From an uncultured delta proteobacterium (GTDB lineage Bacteria > Myxococcota_A > UBA9160 > UBA4427), in NCBI GenBank assembly GCA_963822965.1, contig CAWGJT010000005.1:1408001-1472000 (forward strand): a stretch of 64,000 nt of DNA, read 5' to 3'. Below are positions 1-10,079 of the stretch, in pieces. The translations under genes and the position numbers were made by a program. Below the pieces are notes generated by a model, which was given only the letters and a program-made list of their open reading frames with translations, was not told the origin of the DNA and made no database searches. How positions within the stretch are numbered: position 1 is the stretch's first letter; the number at the start of each line of letters is the position of its first letter.

Positions 1-113
1 CTGGTTCGGAACCGCTGGGGCCCAGTCGCCAAGACCCCGCGGAATCGCGGAGATTTCTCAGGCTGGGCCGTGGCGAGTGCGGGAAGTGTCTGCACCCGCA
101 GACGGAATGGCGG
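1..113 (-). repeat. Diverged copy of the island-end sequence flanking the tRNA-Ser(GGA) 3' end (att-like junction CCGCCA at 108-113)
   Basis: Ungapped alignment to 51201-51313: 83/113 identical by manual count, including an identical 27-bp block ccgcggaatcgcggagatttctcaggc (37-63) and terminal gaatggcgg. Confidence 0.85.
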
Positions 114-147
114 TGGGCGCAGTCTGTCGCAAACTCATCTCTTGAAA

Positions 148-303
148 GGGAATCCCTGGTCTACAGGGAAAGTGCAGGGAATTCCTTCGAGACTAGACCC
201 TGCTGGCAGAGCCGACCGCCGAGATTCCGAAGCCTTTCCGCAATCGTAGCGACAGATTCCCTGTGACCAGGAACAGGGAACTCATTTCGACGCGCAGGGA
301 AGT
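148..303. repeat. Cluster of CAGGGA(A)/(T)TCCCTG motifs, putative recombinase or accessory-factor binding sites at the island end
   Basis: tccctg 153-158, caggga 164-169 and 175-180, ttccctg 257-263, cagggaa 274-280 and 295-301. Confidence 0.5.
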
Positions 304-528
304 CTCGGGCACTTCAGACCCTCCGCCCCGATCCGGTCGATCCACTTGTAGCCGGTGGGCCGAGAGATCTGATATCGGCCGCACAACTCGCTCATCGACC
401 ACTGGCCACTCGTGTAGTCGCGATAGAAGTGCTGACGCTGCTTCTTAGAATTGGTTTCCATCCAGGGCATCCTTTCGTGTAAAGGATGTGCCCGGACTTT
501 TGTAGACCATCACCTCGACCGTTCACGC
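282..528 (-). pseudogene. IS481-family transposase 5' remnant (HTH only) with left-end sequence
   Basis: ORF 282-470 MPWMET...SELCGRYQISRPTGYKWIDR is typical of an IS481 N-terminal HTH; no DDE domain follows; tgtaaaggatgtgcccggac-type subterminal repeat lies upstream. Confidence 0.7.
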
Positions 529-756
529 CTCAGGGTCCCGGCAGCGGGGCGACGTCAACGCCGCCGCGGCCCAGGCCGGAATCGAGCGCGAGAGCTTCTA
601 CCGGCTCTTGCGGCGCCATGGTGTCCAGCCCGATGGTTTTCGCGGTGGGGACTCTTCCGGAACCCTCTGCTGACGGCTCCCAGCCGGCGCAACGGTGCTA
701 CTGCCGTCGGGCGAGCCGGCCTTCCCCGTCGACCCGCCAGTGCATCGCGCGCCCCA

Positions 757-2067
757 ATGTCCAATACTGCGGGCATGCGGGACGACGACCGGGTGGATGC
801 CCTCAACCGTGGGTGCCAGTGCATCACCATCGATCCGGAGAAGCTGTCGGACCAGCTCGACGGCCTCGTCGCGGGCGCCTACGCGAAGATCAGCGAGGAC
901 ATGCCGAATGTGTTCTCCACGGGCCCGGTGTTCATCGGCGCCGAGCAGGTCGCGTCCATCGTCGACGTGATCCGCACGATCGAACGCGTCGGCGACAACG
1001 AAGGCTATCGCGCCGCCGTGTTGGCGGACGCCCCGCCGGCCGCTCGGGTTCACACCGGGGCGAAGGGCGTCTTGTTCGGCTACGACTTCCATCTGGCCCC
1101 GGACGGCCCCAAGCTCATCGAGATCAACACCAACGCCGGGGGGTTGATGCTCAACCTCGCGCTGGGGCGCGCCCAGGCCGCGTGCTGCTCACCGGTCGAG
1201 CCGCTGATGAAGGCGGCGCAGGACGACGGGGCGCTCGAGGACGCCATCGTTGCGATGTTCCGCGCGGAGGCGAAGGCGGCGGGCCACCCCAAGCTCGAGC
1301 GCATCGCCATCGTCGACGAGGACCCGCCCTCTCAGTTTCTCTACCCGGAGCTGCTGCTGTTCGCCGCGCTCTTCGAGCGTCAGGGGATCGACGCGCGTAT
1401 CGCCGCCCCGCGAGAACTCGTCAGCGATGGGGGCGTGGTCACGCATCGCGGCGATCGGATCGATCTCGTCTACAACCGGCTCACGGACTTCTACCTCGAG
1501 TCCGAAAGCGCCGCCGCCGTGCAGGAGGCGTGGGACACCGGCAAGACGGTGGTGACGCCACACCCGAGTGCGTACGCGCTGCTGGCGGACAAGAGGAATC
1601 TGGCGATCCTGTCGGACCCCGAGCGACTGCGGGCATTCGGGGTGTCTCGAGACGCCATCGAGAGGTTGGCGCGCGTGGTGCCCACGACACGCCGCGTCCG
1701 GCTCGAAGACGCCGATGCGCTGTGGGCCGACCGCAAGCAGCTGTTCTTCAAGCCAGCGACGGGCTTTGGGAGTCGAGCGACCTACGCCGGACGAAAGATC
1801 ACCCGGAAGGTCTTCGACGAGGTCGTGCACGGTGACTACGTCGCCCAGCAGATCGTGGCGCCCGGCGAGCGCATCGTGAACGTGGATGGTCATCCGACCA
1901 CGCTCAAGGTCGACATCCGCGCCTACACCTACGCAGGCGAGGTCTTGCTCTTCGCGGCTCGGGTGTACCGCGGGCAGGTCACCAACTTTCGCACGCCGGG
2001 GAGCGGATTCGCGCCGCTGTTTGTCTTGCCTGCCGTGGGTGTGACCGCGATTCCGCGCACCGCGTGA
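757..2067 (+). CDS. ATP-grasp-like ligase (glutathionylspermidine synthase / circularly permuted ATP-grasp-like)
   Basis: Motifs GYDFHL..PKLIEINTNAGG, DLVYNRLTD, FFKPATGFGS, VAQQIV, KVDIRAY; start uncertain (757 or 775). Confidence 0.65.
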   Translation: MSNTAGMRDDDRVDALNRGCQCITIDPEKLSDQLDGLVAGAYAKISEDMPNVFSTGPVFIGAEQVASIVDVIRTIERVGDNEGYRAAVLADAPPAARVHTGAKGVLFGYDFHLAPDGPKLIEINTNAGGLMLNLALGRAQAACCSPVEPLMKAAQDDGALEDAIVAMFRAEAKAAGHPKLERIAIVDEDPPSQFLYPELLLFAALFERQGIDARIAAPRELVSDGGVVTHRGDRIDLVYNRLTDFYLESESAAAVQEAWDTGKTVVTPHPSAYALLADKRNLAILSDPERLRAFGVSRDAIERLARVVPTTRRVRLEDADALWADRKQLFFKPATGFGSRATYAGRKITRKVFDEVVHGDYVAQQIVAPGERIVNVDGHPTTLKVDIRAYTYAGEVLLFAARVYRGQVTNFRTPGSGFAPLFVLPAVGVTAIPRTA

Positions 2068-2141
2068 CGTCTGCGCCGGACAACGAGCCCGCACAGGTGA
2101 ACGCCTGCGCTCGGTCGTCGGAGGATAGGCCGACCGCCGCC

Positions 2142-3390
2142 TGTCCGTCCTCAATATTCGTCCGCCTCGAGATCACCGAGCTTTCGATCCCTCGCTCTCG
2201 GCTCCTTCTACCGACGATACCGCCGCCCGCCGCCAAGATTCAGACTCGTTCTCGTCTGGCGGATCGAGCAGGATCTCTCACCTCGTGCGGGCCCTCCTCT
2301 CATTCATCGTGCTGACCCTGCTGCTCTGCGGCCCTCCTTCGAACGCGTCGTGAGCAGGCAATCGTCGAACTGGCGCTGCGGCAGCAGCTCGCGATCTACG
2401 TCCATCGCCGGCGAAGGCCGCGCCTCGTCCCACTGGACCGGGCTTTCTGGGTTGCCCTCTGCCAGCTCTGGCCAAACTGGAAGACTGCCCTCGTCGTCGT
2501 CGAGCCCGAGACGGTCGTCCGCTGGCACCGACAAGGATTCCGGCGCTACTGGCGATCGATCTCGAAGCCCGGCCCCGGTCGACCCCCGATCTCCCGCGAG
2601 GTCCAACAGCTCATCATCCGGATGGCCATCGAGAATCCCTGGCGGGCCCGCCGGATCCAGGCGGAGCTCTGGAAGCTGGGAATCCACCTGAGCCTCGCGA
2701 CCGTATCCCGATACCTCCCGGCCAGGCCACCCGTCTCGGGCCAGCAGCAGCGCTGGTGGACTTTCCTCCGCAACCACAAGGAAGTGGTCGCGGGCATGGA
2801 CTTCTTCGTCGTCCCGACGGCCCGCTTCGAGCTGCTGTATGTCTGGTTCGCGCTCGACCACGGAAGACGGCGAGTCCTCCACTTCAACGTCACCGAGCAC
2901 CCGGCCGCGAGTTGGGTGATTCAGCAGCTGCGCGAGGCGCTTCCGAGCGAGGCCACACACCGCTTCCTCATCTACGACAACGATGCGATCTTCTCGGCCG
3001 CGGTCACGCAGGCGATCGCGAACCTCGGCGTGTCTCCCGAGAGGACCACCTTCCGGAGCCCCTGGCAGAATGGAACTGCCGAGCGCTTCGTCGGTACCGT
3101 GCGACGCGAGCTGCTCGACCACGTCGTCGTCCTCGATGAGGACCATTTGCGAAGACTCCTCCGTGAGTACGTGGACTTCTACGAACGAGACCGGGTTCAC
3201 ACGGTGCTGAGGGATGCACCGCTCGGGCGACTGGCGGAGAGCCGCCCCTCGCCTTGCGCTCGTATCGTCGGGTCTCCTCGCGTCGGCGGGCTCCAGCACC
3301 GCTACGCTTGGAACCAAGCCGCCTGATCCGGAGCGACGAGCTCCGAGATCTGGCGATCAAGTGAATGCGGATGAATATTGAGAACAGACA
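2142..3390 (+). mobile_element. Insertion sequence with integrase-core (rve/DDE) transposase and 25-bp terminal inverted repeats
   Basis: IRs ctgtccgtcctcaatattcgtccgc (2141-2165) and gcggatgaatattgagaacagacag (3367-3391), 22/25 match; TGT...ACA ends. Confidence 0.85.
2285..3326 (+). pseudogene. Integrase-core domain transposase with frameshift near 2320
   Basis: ELALRQQL...VEPETVVRWHRQGFR..PGRP is in frame with 2622-3326 (GMDFF, IYDND, PWQNGTAERFVGT DDE motifs); the N-terminal VRALLSF lies in another frame. Confidence 0.75.
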
Positions 3391-3415
3391 GGCCGAATGC
3401 GGCCTCGGATCGGGG

Positions 3416-4726
3416 CTAGGCGGTGCCGAATTTGACGTCGACCTCGACGCCGACGCGTTGCAGAAGCTCTGTCGAAAGCTTACCGCCGATCATGATGTAT
3501 ACCCCTTCCGCCGGGATGGTGGTCACAGCCTCCTCGTGCCGGATGTCGACCTGATGGGCCTCGATGTCTACGACCTCCGAACCGGTCAAGACCGTTAGCC
3601 TGTCGGCGTGGGCCAGCTCTTCGATGCGCTGGCGATTCGCAGGCGTCGCCCGTCCAAAGGCAGCACCGCGGTAGGAAAGAGTCACGGTGTTCCCGAGGAG
3701 CGGCTCGGCAAGCGCTGCGGCGGCTTCGAGCGCGCTGTTTCCTCCGCCGACGACGAGGAGAGTCTTCTCGTGGATCTCCCCGGCGTCGCCAAGAGAATAG
3801 GTGACGTGGGGCAAGTCCTCGCCGGGCACGCCGAGCTTCTGCGGCGAACCTCTCCTGCCAATGGCGAGAACGACTCGTGCGGCACGATACTGGCCGCCCT
3901 CGGTCTCGATACAGAATCCACCACTCACGGGGTCGACCGCCTTCACGCGTTCGCGCGCGCGGATCTCGATGCCCGTCGTTCGGATGACGTCCTCCCAAAT
4001 GCCCAGCAATTCCTCTTTTTGAATCTCTCGGGCATTCATCTTTCCGTAGCCGGGAATCTCGAAGGGCCGCGTGATGACCATCTTTTCTCGTGGATAGTGG
4101 TGGACGGTCCCTCCGATCGCGTCCTGCTCGAGGGTGATCGTTCGTAGGCCGGCCCGCTTCGCCGTGATCGCCGCAGCGAGACCGGCGGGGCCCGCGCCGA
4201 TGACGGCGACATCGTATTCCAGGTCATGTCCCCCGCGAGCCTCGAGTGAGGCGATGATGGATTCCACCGCTTGTATACCTTGGGACATCGCGTTTCGCAC
4301 GAGTCCCATCCCGCCGAGTTCACCGGCGATATACAGGCCGTCGACGTTTGTCTCGAAGTCGGATTTCACATGAGGGATCTCGACGCCGCGCCGTTCCGTG
4401 CCGAAGACGAGATCGATCGCATGCGTCGGGCAGGCGGCGAAGCAGGCACCGTGGCCGATGCAACGCGACGGTTCGATGAGAGCCGCACGACCATTCACGA
4501 TTCCGAGTATGCCCCCTTCCGGGCAAGCCGAGACGCAAGCGGCCGTACCAATGCAGGCGTCCGGGTCGATGATGGGGTGGAGTGAGGGCGGCTCACCCAG
4601 TCCCTCCGCAATCGACCGTTCGAGCGTGGCCGTGTGGCGCTGTTCCTTGCGCCGGCTGAGCCACCACGACACGAATGCCGAGCCCACGGTCAAGAGCAGG
4701 AAGGCCAGAACGACGGCAAGTTTCAT
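3416..4726 (-). CDS. Membrane-anchored FAD/NAD(P)-dependent oxidoreductase with ferredoxin-like domain (thioredoxin-reductase-like)
   Basis: N-terminal TM segment; CIGTAACVSACP and CIGHGACFAACP; GAGPAG and GGGNSA Rossmann motifs. Confidence 0.85.
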   Translation of the reverse strand: MKLAVVLAFLLLTVGSAFVSWWLSRRKEQRHTATLERSIAEGLGEPPSLHPIIDPDACIGTAACVSACPEGGILGIVNGRAALIEPSRCIGHGACFAACPTHAIDLVFGTERRGVEIPHVKSDFETNVDGLYIAGELGGMGLVRNAMSQGIQAVESIIASLEARGGHDLEYDVAVIGAGPAGLAAAITAKRAGLRTITLEQDAIGGTVHHYPREKMVITRPFEIPGYGKMNAREIQKEELLGIWEDVIRTTGIEIRARERVKAVDPVSGGFCIETEGGQYRAARVVLAIGRRGSPQKLGVPGEDLPHVTYSLGDAGEIHEKTLLVVGGGNSALEAAAALAEPLLGNTVTLSYRGAAFGRATPANRQRIEELAHADRLTVLTGSEVVDIEAHQVDIRHEEAVTTIPAEGVYIMIGGKLSTELLQRVGVEVDVKFGTA

Positions 4727-4747
4727 TTGCGCCAACCCAATCGTCGT

Positions 4748-5635
4748 TCAACCATCGTGGGAGCGATTTCCGGACTTGCTCCGATAGCGGCGCTTCGCTT
4801 CGTCTTCGTCGCCGCTTCGGTGACACTCTACGCAGTCCTCGAACTCTCTGATTCCCTCTTCGCGATGCTCGCGAGCGATGCCTTGGACAGAATGCTCGTG
4901 GCACCCATAACAGGTGTAGCGATCGAGAGCGTCGGGGTGGCACGACTGGCAATCGCTGGCCGGGTGGTGACGATCGAAGCGGAAGTACTTTTCGTGCTCG
5001 AATGTCGCAGGTAGCCATGCCCGGACGCCGTGACAACTTCCGCAGTCGTCGCCGGCCTGGCGATGAAGATCGTCACCCGGCCGGACGGTGCCGTGGCAGG
5101 TCACACATCCTGCCGCTTGATCAGTCGGGAGCATCGCATGGTCGAATGTCGCGGGTGTCCACGCCTCGAATCCGTGGCAGCTGCCGCAATTCGTGGGCGC
5201 TGCCATGTGGAGGTCGTCTTTGGGAGTGCGTTCACCATGACAATCACCACACGTCGAGAGGATGTCCTTCCGGAGCAGTTCGTGCGTGAACACGGCGGTC
5301 GCCCCGGGACGTCCAACGCCGACGTGATCGCTATGGCATTGAGTACATGCCGGCTCGATCAAGGCTTGATGAAACGCTGGACTGTCTTCTGCGGTCGCAA
5401 TGGATGTTCCCTCCGTCGTGCGGATCCCGATGTCTACGAGCGGATGACAAGCGATGCAGTTCTCCGACGGAGTTCCGCGAAAGGGCGAATGGCAGTCGGT
5501 GCAATTGTTCGCGATCTCCTCGTGCCCCACGATGACGTCGCCTGGACTGACGGTCACTTCGGGAAGCCAGATGACCAACGTGCCGTAGGCCGCGAGCAGA
5601 ACGATCATCAGTATGAGATTTCGCACCGGGCTCAC
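4748..5635 (-). CDS. Multiheme (decaheme) cytochrome c, N-terminally anchored
   Basis: 10 CxxCH motifs counted; hydrophobic N-terminus. Confidence 0.9.
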   Translation of the reverse strand: MSPVRNLILMIVLLAAYGTLVIWLPEVTVSPGDVIVGHEEIANNCTDCHSPFRGTPSENCIACHPLVDIGIRTTEGTSIATAEDSPAFHQALIEPACTQCHSDHVGVGRPGATAVFTHELLRKDILSTCGDCHGERTPKDDLHMAAPTNCGSCHGFEAWTPATFDHAMLPTDQAAGCVTCHGTVRPGDDLHRQAGDDCGSCHGVRAWLPATFEHEKYFRFDRHHPASDCQSCHPDALDRYTCYGCHEHSVQGIAREHREEGIREFEDCVECHRSGDEDEAKRRYRSKSGNRSHDG

Positions 5636-6195
5636 CCGAAGACGACCGACGTCGCAATGTGAAGGACGACAAGGACAGCGAAGTTGACGGCGATGGGAAG
5701 GTGGACGACGCGCCAGGTCTCCATGCCCCGGATGACGAGGGCATCGGTTTGGAGCTCTTCCTTGATCTCCGACGCGTCGAGGCCCGACTCTCTGAGCCGG
5801 CGCTCGCGGCCGCTCAGGCGGCTACGCGCGCTGCCCAGGAGGAATTCGCCCATGAGCCCGCTCGCAACCGCGATCATCATCGCCGCGACCGCGAGCCAGG
5901 GCAGGAGCGCATGAAAGTGGACTCCGCCATGGACGAGAATGGCGAGGGCGCCTGTCAGAGCGAGGGCTTCATGCGCGCGTAGCAAGCGGTGGGGAGAGCT
6001 GATGTCGATCCATCCCCGCTTCCGGAGTGAGTAGGCGAACGACACGACGACGAGAGCCGTGCCGATCGGCCCTAGCCAGAATCCCACCCAAACAAGGCCG
6101 AGCGCATGGAGAGCCGCATCGAGAGCGACCGCCGCGAAGATGACGGCGGCCCAGAGCGCGAACAACGCGCCCCCTCGCAAGGCGACAATTCTCAC
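5632..6195 (-). CDS. Integral membrane protein (ferric-reductase/cytochrome b-like partner)
   Basis: About 5 TM segments with His residues (RAHE, LVHG, WRVVHLP, VLHI); overlaps the cytochrome start. Confidence 0.65.
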   Translation of the reverse strand: MRIVALRGGALFALWAAVIFAAVALDAALHALGLVWVGFWLGPIGTALVVVSFAYSLRKRGWIDISSPHRLLRAHEALALTGALAILVHGGVHFHALLPWLAVAAMMIAVASGLMGEFLLGSARSRLSGRERRLRESGLDASEIKEELQTDALVIRGMETWRVVHLPIAVNFAVLVVLHIATSVVFG

Positions 6196-6564
6196 CGGCG
6201 CACCTCCAGGAAAGGAGTCAGGTTGCTACGGAAACAGGGTTGCGAAATCAAAGATCGGGTGATCCACCGGCCATGACGGCGCAAGTTGCTTGAAGATCAT
6301 AGCCCTGAAGCGCCCCGGGATTGTCAGGGGCTCTGGGGTGCCCCGATATGAGACGAATTTGCGCGTGCTTCGGACCGTGTCGTCTAAGCATGTGCTCGCC
6401 GATGGCGTCAGGGCGCCGACCCAGATTGCCGATTGGTCACGATGCTCCACCCAAGGCGTGTATGCTTTCGGCGTCTGCCTCCAGAGCGTGCAATCATTTC
6501 GCGCGGACAGCTCGTGCGCGACCGACACACGGCGAACGAACGTTGACCCTCTTCGTCCTTGGGC

Positions 6565-9276
6565 ATGACGTTCCACTATGCGAGGATCGATGTTGATGAT
6601 GCCACTTCGAGTGAAACGCCTCCGGCGACTGCCGCCGGCGCGGACGTGACCGAATCGCCGGGCAGTCGCCTTCCGCTCGCTGCGCGTGTTCCGTTCGTTG
6701 CCAACGTGCTCGAGCTCGACGACCTCGTCGGCCTTTCGGAGAACGACGCGCGAGCTCGTTTGCTGAAGGACGGTCCGAACGAGCTGGCTGCGCAGCAGAA
6801 ACGCAACCTGCTCACCATCGTCCTCGAGGTGGTGCGCGAGCCCATGTTCCTCATGCTCGTCGCGGCGGGCGTCGTGTACTTTCTCCTCGGGGAGCCGACC
6901 GACGCATTGATGCTGCTCGGCTTCGTGTTCGTGGTGATGACGATCACGATCGTCCAGGCACGACGCACGGAGCACGCGCTCGAGGCGCTTCGCGATCTCT
7001 CGAGCCCGCGCGCTCTCGTGATCCGTGACGGCGAACGCCGGCGCATCGCGGGGCGTGAGGTCGTAACCGGCGACCTCGTGGTCCTCGCCGAAGGGGATCG
7101 CGTCCCGGCGGATGGTCTGCTTCGGCAAGCGCTGCACCTTGCCACGGACGAGTCGCTGCTGACGGGCGAGTCTGTCCCCGTTCGCAAAGTGCCTGCCGCC
7201 GATGCTCGCGTCCTCGATCGACCTGGCGGTGACGACTTGCCCTCCGTGTTCTCGGGAACCCTGGTGACCTCGGGCCAGGGCATCGTCGAAACCGCAGCCA
7301 CGGGCACACGGACGGAGCTCGGCAAGATCGGCAGGGCCCTCGATCAGACGCAGGAAGAGCCGACGATGCTGCAGACCGAGACTCGGCGCATCGTCCGCAT
7401 TCTCGCGACCGCCGGACTCGGGGCTTGCTGCGTGGTGGTCGTGGCCTTTGCGCTCACCCGCGGTGGGAGCCCCGACGCATGGAAGCAAGGGTTCCTCGCC
7501 GGCATCGCGATGGCGATGGCCATCCTGCCCGAGGAATTCCCGGTCGTACTCACCATCTTCCTTGCGTTGGGCGCGTGGCGATTGTCACGCAGCCGGGTGC
7601 TCACGCGGCGGATGCCGGCGGTCGAGATGTTGGGGGCCGCCACCGTGCTCTGCGTCGACAAGACCGGCACCCTCACGCAGAACCAGATGACGCTGCGCAA
7701 GCTCGCCATCGGAGGTAGCTCCACGGACCTCGCCGGTCTCGCCACGGAGCTGCCGGAGGAGCTGCATGGTCTCCTCGAGCACGCGATCCTGGCGAGCAAG
7801 AGCGACCCGTTCGATCCGATGGAGCGTGCGCTTCACGAGGCTGGCGACCGCCTCATCGAGAACACGGAGCATCTGCATCCAAGCTGGTCTCTCGAGCGCG
7901 AGTACCCGCTGACGCCGGACCTGCTGGCCGTCAGTCACGCATGGCGCAGCGGGAGCAACGACGACGTCGTGGTGTCCAGCAAAGGCGCGCCCGAAGCCGT
8001 CGCCGATCTCTGTCATCTCGCTCCAGAACAGCGCGAGTCGCTTGCTCGCGAGGTGCTGAGCCTCGCCTCGCAGGGCCTTCGCGTTCTCGGCGTCGCCCGC
8101 GGCGCGACACGCGTGGGCCTCTTGCCCGACGAGCACCACGACCTGTTACTCGAGCTCGTCGGCTTGTTGGGCTTCGAGGACCCGCTGCGACCGAATGTGC
8201 CTGCCGCGGTGGCGGAGTGTCAGACCGCCGGCGTGCGCGTGGTCATGGTCACCGGGGACTACCCCGCCACCGCCCAAAGCATCGCCCGCCACGCCGGACT
8301 CACTCACTGCGACACGGTGATCACAGGCGCCGATCTCGAAAGGATGTCCGACGAGGAGCTCGCGCGGCACGTCTCGGACGTCGAGATCTTCGCTCGCGTG
8401 GTCCCGGAACAGAAGCTGCGCATCGTCAACGCGCTCAAGGCGAACGACGAGGTGGTCGCGATGACGGGCGATGGCGTGAACGACGCCCCCGCCTTGAAGG
8501 CTGCGCACATCGGCATCGCGATGGGCGGGCGCGGAACCGATGTGGCTCGTGAGGCAGCGTCGATCGTGCTCCTCGATGATGACTTCTCGTCCATCGTCGA
8601 AGCCGTGAAGCTCGGGCGGCGCATCTACGACAACATCAAGAAGGCCATCGTGTTCATCGTGGCCGTGCACGTCCCCATCGCCGGTCTGTCCATGCTTCCG
8701 GTCTTCTTTGCCGACTGGCCGCTCCTCCTCTTGCCCGTGCACATTGCCTTCCTTCAGCTGATCATCGACCCCGCGTGCACGCTCATCTTCGAGGCCGAGC
8801 AAGCGGAGGCCGACGCCATGCGACGGCCTCCGCGAACGCGTGAGGTCGGCCTGTTCTCGAGGGAAACGCTCAGCATCGCCCTTCTGCAGGGCTTCAGCAT
8901 TCTCGCTGTGTGCCTCGGCGTCTTCCTGCTGGCGCGGAGCGACCATTCGGATGACGCCGCTCGCGCGTTGACCTTCGTCACCCTGGTCGTCGCCTTCGTC
9001 GTGGTCATCCTGGTCAACCGCTCCTGGCTGCGGTCGGCCGTGGCGATGTTCCGGGTTCCAAACCCGGCCCTACGCTGGGTGCTCTTGGGCGCGGTCTGCG
9101 TCCTCGGCGTAGCCGTCCTGGTCCCGTTCGCGCGCCGCTTGTTCCACTTTGCGCCTTTGCATCTGACGGATCTGCTGCTCAGCCTGGGGGCCGGTTCTCT
9201 CTGCGTGCTCTGGTTCGAAGTCGTGAAGCGGGTCCGACGCCTGCGGGCGGGTGCCCGATTGGCGCCGGTCTCATGA
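6565..9276 (+). CDS. Cation-translocating P-type ATPase (P2-like)
   Basis: TGES, DKTGTLT, KGAPE, TGD, MTGDGVNDAPALK motifs; PEEFP in TM4; start uncertain. Confidence 0.95.
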   Translation: MTFHYARIDVDDATSSETPPATAAGADVTESPGSRLPLAARVPFVANVLELDDLVGLSENDARARLLKDGPNELAAQQKRNLLTIVLEVVREPMFLMLVAAGVVYFLLGEPTDALMLLGFVFVVMTITIVQARRTEHALEALRDLSSPRALVIRDGERRRIAGREVVTGDLVVLAEGDRVPADGLLRQALHLATDESLLTGESVPVRKVPAADARVLDRPGGDDLPSVFSGTLVTSGQGIVETAATGTRTELGKIGRALDQTQEEPTMLQTETRRIVRILATAGLGACCVVVVAFALTRGGSPDAWKQGFLAGIAMAMAILPEEFPVVLTIFLALGAWRLSRSRVLTRRMPAVEMLGAATVLCVDKTGTLTQNQMTLRKLAIGGSSTDLAGLATELPEELHGLLEHAILASKSDPFDPMERALHEAGDRLIENTEHLHPSWSLEREYPLTPDLLAVSHAWRSGSNDDVVVSSKGAPEAVADLCHLAPEQRESLAREVLSLASQGLRVLGVARGATRVGLLPDEHHDLLLELVGLLGFEDPLRPNVPAAVAECQTAGVRVVMVTGDYPATAQSIARHAGLTHCDTVITGADLERMSDEELARHVSDVEIFARVVPEQKLRIVNALKANDEVVAMTGDGVNDAPALKAAHIGIAMGGRGTDVAREAASIVLLDDDFSSIVEAVKLGRRIYDNIKKAIVFIVAVHVPIAGLSMLPVFFADWPLLLLPVHIAFLQLIIDPACTLIFEAEQAEADAMRRPPRTREVGLFSRETLSIALLQGFSILAVCLGVFLLARSDHSDDAARALTFVTLVVAFVVVILVNRSWLRSAVAMFRVPNPALRWVLLGAVCVLGVAVLVPFARRLFHFAPLHLTDLLLSLGAGSLCVLWFEVVKRVRRLRAGARLAPVS

Positions 9277-9985
9277 TCTGGGCACAATCTGGTCACAGGC
9301 GACGGCGACCGTGACTTCCGCGACTGCGAAGCAGGCGAGACCTATCGGAGAACAAGCGAAAATGGTCGCCCGTCGATCCCCGGTTCACGCAATCGCCACT
9401 GACGTGGTCCCCAAACTCCGTCCCCTCGGTCCTCACCGCGGAGGGCTGAAGCGGGGGCGCGGGCGGGCCTGCAGATCGCGGCACGGGACGGCGTCGGGCG
9501 GCGTGTAGTGGGGACGCCGTCCACACCGCCCATGTCTGTGCAGGATCCCATACGAAGTCAGTCGAAAGAAAGGTGTAGCCGCCCGCGATGCTGTCTGGAC
9601 TGCCGTCGAGAACGTCCCACTGGATGGGACCTACGTAGTTCACAAACTCAGGCGACTCAACACGAAACTTTTCTCATGTGTGGCATGGCTCGACACCAGC
9701 AGAGACGAGCTCGGGAGCCCTTCGCAGGCAACGTGGCGGCACGGTAGATTCCGGGACGACCGGACTGAGCCGGAGTCAGCGCAGGTGGATAAGCAAAACA
9801 AGCTGCCTTTTCGGTACCACCGATACCAGGCGTTCTGACAAGTAGGTTCCGCACCACCGATACTGGCCGTTATGTCCAGCCCGTAAGGGGAGCCGTGGGC
9901 TGCAAAAGCAACTGGCCGTTGGGAATGATGACCGCGTAGCCGTCCATGCAGTCGAATCGACCACCGAGGTACGTCGTGCCCACAT

Positions 9986-10034
9986 TGGCACGCCGGGAGG
10001 GATTCGAACCCCCGACCCTCAGGTTCGAAGCCTG
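9986..10034 (-). pseudogene. 3' half of tRNA-Arg(TCG), att-site remnant
   Basis: Minus strand CAGG-CTTCGAA-CCTG AGGGTC GGGGG-TTCGAAT-CCCTC CCGGCGTG CCA; no D-arm or 5' acceptor strand upstream. Confidence 0.8.
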
Positions 10035-10079
10035 GACGGACCTCTAGGAAATCTCGGCACGCACGTCGTGGCCGAGAGA

